Origin: Acidobacteriota bacterium
GTDB taxonomy: Bacteria; Acidobacteriota; Thermoanaerobaculia; Gp7-AA8
Assembly: GCA_019244185.1 (NCBI GenBank)
Contig: JAFATB010000023.1
Coordinates: 499,446-563,445 of the forward strand
Length of the DNA: 64,000 nucleotides
Reading direction: 5' to 3'
The notes below the pieces were generated by a model that ran no database searches, was not told where the DNA came from, and saw only the letters and a list, made by a program, of their open reading frames with translations. Position numbers and translations under genes: made by a program. Positions 1-7,137 of the stretch are shown here, one piece after another (the first letter of the stretch is position 1; every line of letters begins with the position of its first letter).

Positions 1-270
1 GTCACGGTGTTCCTGCCGGCGTCGTTTCTCTTCGTCGTCGTCGAGCGGCGTTTCGGCGCGGCGTTCGAGTTCGCGCGCATCTGGGCGTTCATCCGCAACA
101 ATCTCGCGAACTATCTCCTGGCCGTCGTCGTGTATCTCATCGCGCGCTTCCTCGCGGGCTTCGGGATCGCGCTCTGCTGCATCGGCGTCGTCTTCACCGG
201 CTTCTGGTCGTTCCTCATTACCGGCTACGCGTTCGCGCAGACGTATCGACTCGCCACGACGCCGCGATGA
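1..270 (+). CDS. Membrane protein, DUF4013-like (5' partial)
   Basis: Hydrophobic C-terminal fragment (AAFEFARIWAFIRNNLANYLL...LCCIGVVFTGFWS) resembling DUF4013 proteins; frame is open from the window edge. Confidence 0.55.
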   Translation, partial: VTVFLPASFLFVVVERRFGAAFEFARIWAFIRNNLANYLLAVVVYLIARFLAGFGIALCCIGVVFTGFWSFLITGYAFAQTYRLATTPR

Positions 271-728
271 TGCGACGCGACACGAAGATCGTGTTCGCGC
301 TCGTCGGCGCGGTGCCGGTGTCGATCCTCGCGGCGGCGACGTTGTGCTCGTGGGCGATCGCGCGCGGCGCGTCGATGCAGTGGCGCTTGCTGTTCCGCAT
401 GCTCTGTCACGGCATTCCGCGGCGCTGCTTCGAGCTGTTCGGCGCGCCGATGCCGATCTGCGCGCGCTGCACCGGGATCTACATCGGGATGCTCGGCGGG
501 ATGTGCGCGTTTTTGCTCCTGCCGGCGGTGCGCGAACGGTTCGCGCGGATCGCTGCATTCGCGGCCGTGACGCCGCTCGCGATCGACGGTCTGACGCAGC
601 TCGCGGGGCTGCGCGAGAGCGTGAATCCGCTGCGTCTCGCGACCGGTCTCGTCGCCGGTTTGGCCTTTGGATTCTGGATTTTGACCGCGGTCGAGCATCG
701 CGATGACGCGCTGTTGACCAATCCTTGA
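267..728 (+). CDS. DUF2085 family membrane protein
   Basis: CHGIPRRCF...PICARCTGIY and DGLTQ...N.LRLATG motifs; ATGA overlap with upstream gene. Confidence 0.8.
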   Translation: MMRRDTKIVFALVGAVPVSILAAATLCSWAIARGASMQWRLLFRMLCHGIPRRCFELFGAPMPICARCTGIYIGMLGGMCAFLLLPAVRERFARIAAFAAVTPLAIDGLTQLAGLRESVNPLRLATGLVAGLAFGFWILTAVEHRDDALLTNP

Positions 729-753
729 CCTGTCAAGATCGCTGGGTTACGCT
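724..753 (+). promoter_or_regulatory. Sigma70-type promoter with overlapping palindrome upstream of the DUF4388 gene
   Basis: TTGACC (725-730), 17 nt, TACGCT (748-753). The CTTGAC-CT-GTCAAG inverted repeat (724-737) covers the -35. Confidence 0.55.
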
Positions 754-771
754 TCAGCGACATCCAACGTC

Positions 772-1581
772 ATGGCATTCCAAGGCTCCCTCAAAGAACT
801 GCCGTTGCCCGACATCATCCAGCTGGTGAGCGTGTCGGGAAAAACGGGCAAGTTCACGCTCACACGCGACGGAGACCGCGGGTTCATCTACCTGAAAAAC
901 GGGCAGATGGTGCACGCCATCGTCGGCGATCTCATCGGCGAGGAAGCGATCTACTCGCTCGCCATCTGGAACCAGGGCGAGTTCCAGTTCAGCCCCGGTG
1001 AAGAGCCCGATCGCCAGACCATCACGAAGTCGAACACGAACCTGCTGATGGAAGCCGCGCGCCGCCTCGACGAGTGGCGCGTGCTGTCGAAGAAGATCCC
1101 GTCGGTCGATCACGTACCCGAGCTCCTCGCGCGCGAGAACCGCCACGAGCAGGTCACGCTGAACCCGCACGAGTGGATGCTGATCACGAAGATCGACAGC
1201 CACCGTTCCATCGCCGAGATCGGCCGCGCGCTGAACCTCTCCTCGTTCGACGTCGCGAAAATCCTCTACGGGATGATCACGGGCGAACTGGTCCAGCTAA
1301 AAAAAAAAATTGATTTCGGCGACGACCGGGAAAACGGAGAGCTCGTCGACCTTGCCGCACGCATTCGCGCGGTAGCCGAGGAGTTCATCGGCGACAGCGC
1401 GCACAAGACGATCGAGAAACACTTCCTCCACGCCCTCGACTCGATCATGAACGGCAGCGGCCCCGGCGCCGTCGAGACGATGGTGCAGGAGTTCGAGAAA
1501 ACCGCGTCGCTTCTGCGCGGCATCGCCGTGACCGAGAAGCTGCGGTCGCGCATCGCCGAAGTGCGGCAGCTGGCCAGCTGA
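772..1581 (+). CDS. DUF4388 (PatA-N) domain protein with central wHTH-like region and C-terminal helical domain
   Basis: N-terminal MAFQGSLKELPLPDIIQLVSVSGKTGKF...GFIYLKNGQMVHA...LLMEAARRLDE is typical DUF4388; contains an A11 run at 1299-1309. Confidence 0.85.
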   Translation: MAFQGSLKELPLPDIIQLVSVSGKTGKFTLTRDGDRGFIYLKNGQMVHAIVGDLIGEEAIYSLAIWNQGEFQFSPGEEPDRQTITKSNTNLLMEAARRLDEWRVLSKKIPSVDHVPELLARENRHEQVTLNPHEWMLITKIDSHRSIAEIGRALNLSSFDVAKILYGMITGELVQLKKKIDFGDDRENGELVDLAARIRAVAEEFIGDSAHKTIEKHFLHALDSIMNGSGPGAVETMVQEFEKTASLLRGIAVTEKLRSRIAEVRQLAS

Positions 1582-1631
1582 CCACACGCGCCCGTTGTTA
1601 ACCACTAGCCGTCCGGCGGGTTGTATCCGCC

Positions 1632-3245
1632 ATGAGCACGGCTCGCACCCTCGCCATCCTCTTCATCGCCTTCACGGTTCGCGCTGACGTGACGGCGACG
1701 CTCGACGACTACTTCACGCGCGCCGCCGCGCACGGCTTCTCCGGCTCGGTGCTCGTCGCGCGCGGCGACGAGATCCTGCTGCGCAAAGGGTACGGACTCG
1801 CCGACCGGCGCGCGCGCATCGCCGCGACGCCGCGGACCGCGTACAACATCGCGTCGCTCGACAAGCAGTTCATCGCCGCGGCGATCCTGAAGCTCGAAGA
1901 GAGCGGGAAGCTCGCGACGACCGACACGCTCGCGCGCTTCTTCGACTTCGCTCCCGACGACAAGAAGAACATCACGCTGCATCAGCTGCTCTCGCACACC
2001 TCGGGACTGCCGAACGATTACTGGGACGAGCACGCGGAGCTCTCGCGCGAGCAGTTCGTGCGCTTCGTGCTCGCCCAGCCGCTCGAGAGCCGCCCCGGAA
2101 CGGAGTGGAGCTACTCGAACTCCGCGTTCATCGTGCTGGAGCGGATCATCGAGCTCGCGTCCGGGGTCGCGTACGAGCGCTACCTGCACGACGCGCTCTT
2201 CGCGCCGGCCGGCATGGCGTACACCGGCTTTGCGATTCCGAAATTGAAGCCGCATCAGGTGGCGCACTACGACTTCTGGACCGTCGACACGAAGTCGCTG
2301 CCCGGCGACGTCGCGTTCGACGATCCGCTCCAGCGCCCGCCCGCGCGGCGCGTGCTCCTCTCCAGCGTCGACGATCTCCGCGCGTGGCACCAGCAACTGC
2401 CGTCGCTCCTCGGCCGCGCCTCGCTCGCGAAGCTCTACACGCCGGTGATGAGCGACTACGCGTACGGCTGGAACGTCGTGCGGACGACGCGCGGCACGCG
2501 GCTCATCCACCACGGCGGCTCCGACACGAACACCGGGATGCTCGTCACGTATCGCAACTACGCCGACGAAAACGTCTTCTTCGTCATCGCCACGAACAGC
2601 ATGCAGCCGTCTCTCGTCTCCGATTACATGGCCGCCGACGTCGAGGCGATGCTCTTCGGCGGCGCGGTCACGTTCCCGCCCGCCGCGCGACCGAACCGCG
2701 ACGCGCTCGCCGGCAAGTACGGCGCGTACGACGTCGTCGCCGTCGACGGCGGTCCGCTCGTGCTGCGCACCGAGGATCGCACGGCGATGCTGGAGCTTCG
2801 CTTTCCCTCCGCACCGGCGGCGCAGGACGACGCCGCGAACGACCTCGTGCGCGCGGCGTTCGCCGGCGACTCCGCGACGGTCCAGCGCGCGACGCACGCG
2901 GGCGACGCATTCATGCAAACCGTCCGCGAAGGCATCGCGCAGTGGAAGCAGGCGTATGGAAACGTCACGAACATTCGCACCGTCGGGCAGCGCACGTTCG
3001 TCTTCGAGGCGGAGCCGGAGATCCAGTCGTACGTCCGCGTCGACTTCGAGCGCGGCGCCGAGATCCTGCGCGTCATCCACACCGGCGCGGGACTGCTACG
3101 CCTCGATCGTCTGAAGATGCCGCCGTTCCTCGAAATGGTCCTCGCGCCGGCCGGGCCGGGGAAGTGGACGACGTGGGACTTCAAGCTCGGCACCGGCGCG
3201 ATCGTCAGCCGCGACGGCAGCCGGCTCGTGCTTCAGGGACAATGA
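1632..3245 (+). CDS. Secreted serine hydrolase, beta-lactamase/class C-like family
   Basis: Signal peptide; SxxK (SLDK), LLSHTSG, YSN and HGG motifs. Confidence 0.85.
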   Translation: MSTARTLAILFIAFTVRADVTATLDDYFTRAAAHGFSGSVLVARGDEILLRKGYGLADRRARIAATPRTAYNIASLDKQFIAAAILKLEESGKLATTDTLARFFDFAPDDKKNITLHQLLSHTSGLPNDYWDEHAELSREQFVRFVLAQPLESRPGTEWSYSNSAFIVLERIIELASGVAYERYLHDALFAPAGMAYTGFAIPKLKPHQVAHYDFWTVDTKSLPGDVAFDDPLQRPPARRVLLSSVDDLRAWHQQLPSLLGRASLAKLYTPVMSDYAYGWNVVRTTRGTRLIHHGGSDTNTGMLVTYRNYADENVFFVIATNSMQPSLVSDYMAADVEAMLFGGAVTFPPAARPNRDALAGKYGAYDVVAVDGGPLVLRTEDRTAMLELRFPSAPAAQDDAANDLVRAAFAGDSATVQRATHAGDAFMQTVREGIAQWKQAYGNVTNIRTVGQRTFVFEAEPEIQSYVRVDFERGAEILRVIHTGAGLLRLDRLKMPPFLEMVLAPAGPGKWTTWDFKLGTGAIVSRDGSRLVLQGQ

Positions 3246-3251
3246 CCGCCC

Positions 3252-3662
3252 ATGCGCGCGTATCAAGTCGACAATCTGATCGCCATCACCGCGTCGTTCT
3301 TCATCGTGCTGACGATCACGCTGATCGTGGTCCGCGCGTGGCGCCGCGCGTTCGAGGCGCAGCACGAGCTCCGGCGGCAGCTGATCGACCGCATTGCTCC
3401 GGACGACCTCGCGCGCATGCTCGAGAGTCCCGACCGCGCGCGCGTGATCGCGGCGCTCACCGGCAGCGGCGAGGCGTCCGGCGCATCCGGCGCCATCGGC
3501 CGCGGCCTCATGCTGCTGCTGATCGGCGCGGCCCTCGGCGTCTCCGCGGCGACGTCGCACCTTCCTCTCGTCGGGATCGCCGGCATGGTCGCGTTCGCGG
3601 CCGGACTCGCGCAGCTGATCGTCGGCGCGCTGATGAAACGCGAACGCGAACGGCATTCGTGA
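3252..3662 (+). CDS. Hypothetical membrane protein (ECF-associated)
   Basis: Three hydrophobic segments; GTGA overlap with the downstream sigma factor. Confidence 0.65.
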   Translation: MRAYQVDNLIAITASFFIVLTITLIVVRAWRRAFEAQHELRRQLIDRIAPDDLARMLESPDRARVIAALTGSGEASGASGAIGRGLMLLLIGAALGVSAATSHLPLVGIAGMVAFAAGLAQLIVGALMKRERERHS

Positions 3663-4114
3663 ACGAGCAGGAGCTCGAAGAGCTCTACCGCGCGACGGCG
3701 CCACGCCTGCGCCGCTACCTCGGCCGGCTCGTCGATCACGCGGACGATCTGACGCAGGAGACGTTCTATCGCTATCTGCGCGCCGGCTACACGGCGAGCG
3801 GCGAGGATCGAGTGCGCATTCTCTTCACCATCGCCACGAACCTCGCGCGCAATGCGTGGACACGAACGCGCACGCATGAGGAGTTGCACGAACGAACGCG
3901 CGCCGTCGACGCCGATCCGATCGAGCGCATCGATCTCATCGCGGCGCTACGGAATCTCTCGCCGCGCGAACGGGCGCTGCTTTGGCTCACGCATGCCGAG
4001 GGCTACGAGCATCGCGAGGTTGCGCGCATGATGGGAATGGCACAGGCCAGCGTGCGCGTCCTGTTGTTTCGCGCGCGCAGGAAGCTCGCGCGGCTCATGG
4101 AGCGGGAACGATGA
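3659..4114 (+). CDS. ECF RNA polymerase sigma factor
   Basis: GTG start; ADDLTQETF (region 2) and LSPRERALLWL...EVARMMGMAQASVRVLLFRARRKL (region 4). Corresponds to the 3' part of track ORF 2105..4114. Confidence 0.85.
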   Translation: MNEQELEELYRATAPRLRRYLGRLVDHADDLTQETFYRYLRAGYTASGEDRVRILFTIATNLARNAWTRTRTHEELHERTRAVDADPIERIDLIAALRNLSPRERALLWLTHAEGYEHREVARMMGMAQASVRVLLFRARRKLARLMERER

Positions 4115-4344
4115 TCGACCTCGACAAAGCATTCGCCGCACTGCCGCCCGCGGAAGCCGATCCCCGCGACAGCGGCACGGCGCGCGCGATCTGGCTTCGC
4201 GCGCGGATGGCTGCAATGGTCGAGGAAGACGCGCGCGCCGTGCGTCTCCGGCGGCTGCGGTTCGCGAGCGCCGCGCTGTTCGTCACGGCGATGGACGCGA
4301 TCGCGCTGCTGGTCATCGCGTCGGTATTCACGACGAGCCGTTAA
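4111..4344 (+). CDS. Small single-TM protein, putative anti-sigma factor
   Basis: ATGA overlap with sigma stop; MIDLDKAFAALP... followed by a C-terminal TM helix. Confidence 0.55.
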   Translation: MIDLDKAFAALPPAEADPRDSGTARAIWLRARMAAMVEEDARAVRLRRLRFASAALFVTAMDAIALLVIASVFTTSR

Positions 4345-4757
4345 TCGAGCCGCCCGCGCAGTCGCTTCGTCTCGCCGCGCCGCTTCTTCTCCTCGATCCG
4401 CTTTTGCTTCGCCGCCCGTGACGGACGTGTTTTCTTCCGCGGCTTCTGCTCTTCGAGCGCGGCGCTGAGCAGGTCTTCCATGCGCGCGAGGGCGCGGTCG
4501 CGGTTCTCGCTCTGGCTGCGCGCGATCTGCGAGGTCACGCGCAGGACGCCGTCGCGGTTGATCCTCGATGCGAGACGCTCGCGCACGAGCGTTTTCTTCG
4601 CGTCGTCGAGCGGCAGGCGATCGACGTCGGCTTCGATCGTGACACGCGTCTCGACCTTGTTCACGTTCTGGCCGCCGGGACCGCCGCTGCGCGAGGTCGT
4701 CACGCGCAGCAGGTCCGCGGGAACGACGGTGCCGTCGGCGAGGACGAGGTCTCTCAT
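4341..4757 (-). CDS. arfB: Alternative ribosome-rescue peptidyl-tRNA hydrolase ArfB
   Basis: RSGGPGGQNVNKVETRV (GGQ motif), RSQSENR and basic tail KPRKKTRPSRAAKQKRIEEKKRRGETKRLR. Confidence 0.92.
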   Translation of the reverse strand: MRDLVLADGTVVPADLLRVTTSRSGGPGGQNVNKVETRVTIEADVDRLPLDDAKKTLVRERLASRINRDGVLRVTSQIARSQSENRDRALARMEDLLSAALEEQKPRKKTRPSRAAKQKRIEEKKRRGETKRLRGRLD

Positions 4758-6403
4758 CGCGTCACGCGGTGCAGCACGGCCTGTCCCGGTTTCGCGCCGG
4801 TGTGCTCGCCGTCGCGCAGCACCTGCGTGCCGTTGACGAACACGTCGACCATGCCCGTCGCGTACTGGAACGGCCGGTCGTACGTCGCGTGCGCGGCGAC
4901 CGTCGCGGGATCGAAGACGACGACGTCGGCGTAGTTGCCGGCGCGCAGCAATCCACGATCGGCGATGCCGAGGTTCGACGCCGGTAACGCCGTCAACCGC
5001 CGCACCGCTGCTTCGAGCGGGACGATCTGTTCGTCGCGCACGTACTTGCCGAGGAGGTTCGCGAAGTTGCCGTACTCGCGCGGATGCGTGCTGCTCTTGA
5101 GAAACACGCCCTCGGGCGCGGACGCCGCGGCATCGGAGCCGAAGCTCACCCACGGTTTGCGCAGTTCCTTGCGCAGATTGTCTTCGTCGATGATGAAGTA
5201 GACGGTGCCGATGGGACTCTCATCCTCGATCACGAGATCGACGATGGCGTCCTCGGCGGACACGCCGCGCATGCGCGCGACCTCCGCGAGCGTCTTGCCG
5301 GTGAGCGGCTTGAGCTTCTCGCTCTTGAAGCCGGTGAGCAGCACGCGCTCGGGCGAGCCGGAGAGCAGCAGCAGGTTCTCCCATGCGTCGCTCGGCGTGC
5401 GCATCTCGCGGATGACGCGCTCGCGCACGGCGGGATCCATGAGCCGCTGGCGCCACGCCTTGAAGCCGCCTTCCTGCACCCACGGCGGCATCGTCGCGCC
5501 GAGCGAGGTGGCGCCGGCGGTGTACGTGTACATGTTCGCGGTGATGCGCTGCCCGCCGGCGCGCGCGGCCTCGATCTTCGCGAGCGTCGCGTCGAGCTTC
5601 GGCCAGTTCGCCTGACCGGCGGCCTTGAGGTGATAGATCTCGGCGGGGACGTTCGCTTCCCTTGCAATCGTCAGCAGTTCGTCGACCGCTTCGTCGAGGC
5701 GGTTGCCTTCGCTGCGCATGTGCGAGATGTACATGCCGCCGTACGGCGCGGCCGCCTTGCACAGTTCTACTAATTCCGTAGTTTTCGCGTAGAAGCCGGG
5801 CGGATAAATGAGCGCGCTGGCGATGCCGAACGCGCCGTCTTCCATCGCCTGGCGGACGAGCGCGCGCATCTGATCGAGCTCCTGCGCGTTCGGCGCGCGA
5901 TCGACTTCGCCGAGGACGTAGATGCGGACGGTGGTCGCACCGAGGAAGGAGGCGACGTTCACGGAGACGCCGCGGCGGACGAGCGAGTCGAGATACTGAC
6001 GCAGCGTCGTCCAGTCGACGGTGTACTTGATGTCGCCCTGCTGTTCCTGCGCGTCGCGCTTCATCGCGTCATTGAGCGGTCCCATCGACCACCCTTCGCC
6101 GAAGACTTCGAGCGTCACGCCCTGCTTCACGTCCGCCATCGCGCGGCCGTCGACGATCAGCGACTCGGTGGCCCAGCTGAGCATGTTGATGAAGCCGGGC
6201 GCGACGGCGAGTCCGTGCACGTCGACCTCGCGCGCGGCGTGCCCGCGCACGTGGCCGATCGCGGCGATGCGCTGGCCGCGAATGGCGACGTCGCCGTGCA
6301 CCGGCGGACCTCCGCTGCCGTCGTAGATCGTGCCGTTGCGGAGGATCGTGTCGTAGTGCGCGCAGGCGGGGAGGAGCAGCAGCAGGAAAAGCAGCTTGCG
6401 CAT
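4754..6403 (-). CDS. N-acyl-D-amino-acid deacylase (D-aminoacylase), amidohydrolase family, probable lipoprotein
   Basis: DTILRNGTIYDGSG, APGFINMLSW, HMRSEG, HPREYGNF, RGLLRAGNYADVVVFD motifs; lipobox-like LPAC. Confidence 0.88.
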   Translation of the reverse strand: MRKLLFLLLLLPACAHYDTILRNGTIYDGSGGPPVHGDVAIRGQRIAAIGHVRGHAAREVDVHGLAVAPGFINMLSWATESLIVDGRAMADVKQGVTLEVFGEGWSMGPLNDAMKRDAQEQQGDIKYTVDWTTLRQYLDSLVRRGVSVNVASFLGATTVRIYVLGEVDRAPNAQELDQMRALVRQAMEDGAFGIASALIYPPGFYAKTTELVELCKAAAPYGGMYISHMRSEGNRLDEAVDELLTIAREANVPAEIYHLKAAGQANWPKLDATLAKIEAARAGGQRITANMYTYTAGATSLGATMPPWVQEGGFKAWRQRLMDPAVRERVIREMRTPSDAWENLLLLSGSPERVLLTGFKSEKLKPLTGKTLAEVARMRGVSAEDAIVDLVIEDESPIGTVYFIIDEDNLRKELRKPWVSFGSDAAASAPEGVFLKSSTHPREYGNFANLLGKYVRDEQIVPLEAAVRRLTALPASNLGIADRGLLRAGNYADVVVFDPATVAAHATYDRPFQYATGMVDVFVNGTQVLRDGEHTGAKPGQAVLHRVTR

Positions 6404-6411
6404 GAAGCGTG

Positions 6412-6419
6412 AGTATAGT
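6412..6419. promoter_or_regulatory. Overlapping bidirectional -10 elements for divergent genes
   Basis: TATAGT on + (6414-6419, 10 nt before ATG 6430) and TATACT on - (6417-6412, 8 nt before ATG 6403) inside a 26-bp intergenic gap. Confidence 0.6.
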
Positions 6420-6429
6420 GGCGCGCCTC

Positions 6430-7131
6430 ATGTGGACGATCGAGCCCTCATCCCTCGGCCGCATCGCCGTTCCTCCGCAAATCCCCGACGGCTTCGCCGT
6501 CTTCTGCACGACGCGCGACTATCCGGGGAAGATCGTCGCGGACGAGCTCACGCGCGCGATCGCCGAACGCTTCAGCATCGACGCGTCGCTCACGACGTGC
6601 GTGCAGGTGCATGGCGCGCATGTGGTGCGCGCGCGTCGCGAAAACGCGTGGCGTGAATGCGACTCCTGCGACGCGCTTTGGAGCGACGAAATGCATACCG
6701 CCCTCGGCATTAAGGTTGCAGATTGCCTCCCGGTCACGATGATCGATCCTCTGCAGCGCGTCATGGCCAACGTGCACTCCGGATGGCGCGGCGCGGTGCA
6801 GCGCATCACGGCGGAAACGCTCGACGCACTGACGCGCGAAACGCGGTTCGACGCGGCGCAATCCTTCGCGTATCTCGGCCCTTCGATCCGCGCCTGCTGC
6901 TTCGAAGTCGGCGAGGAAGTGGCGTCGCGGTTCGACGAGCAGTTCGTCGATCGCAGCCGCGCGAAGCCGCACGTCGACCTCGTCGCGTTCACCGCGGCGT
7001 TGCTGCGCGAGCGCGGCGTCACGCGCATCTCCGACTCCGAGCTCTGCACGCGCTGCGACGGTTCGATCTTTCATTCGTTTCGTCGTGACGGAAAGGGCGG
7101 CGGCCGCAATCTCATGCTCGTCGCGCAGTAA
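6430..7131 (+). CDS. pgeF: Peptidoglycan editing factor PgeF / YfiH (polyphenol oxidase/laccase-like family)
   Basis: QVHG, ADCLPV, HSGWRG, GPSIRACCFEVG, CTRC, FHSFRR motifs. Confidence 0.9.
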   Translation: MWTIEPSSLGRIAVPPQIPDGFAVFCTTRDYPGKIVADELTRAIAERFSIDASLTTCVQVHGAHVVRARRENAWRECDSCDALWSDEMHTALGIKVADCLPVTMIDPLQRVMANVHSGWRGAVQRITAETLDALTRETRFDAAQSFAYLGPSIRACCFEVGEEVASRFDEQFVDRSRAKPHVDLVAFTAALLRERGVTRISDSELCTRCDGSIFHSFRRDGKGGGRNLMLVAQ

Positions 7132-7137
7132 CGACCG

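Noticed and set aside
721-734. 14-bp match ATCCTTGACCTGTC with 63823-63836
   Set aside because: The second copy encodes the conserved ILDLS of the kinase; a single short match 63 kb apart is most likely chance.
2105-3658. 669-aa ORF suggesting a giant sigma factor
   Set aside because: Only the last ~150 codons (from GTG 3659) are sigma-like; the rest overlaps real genes in another frame. The same overextension affects the track ORFs for arfB, the kinase, glpK, the OMF, the MFPs and the desaturases.
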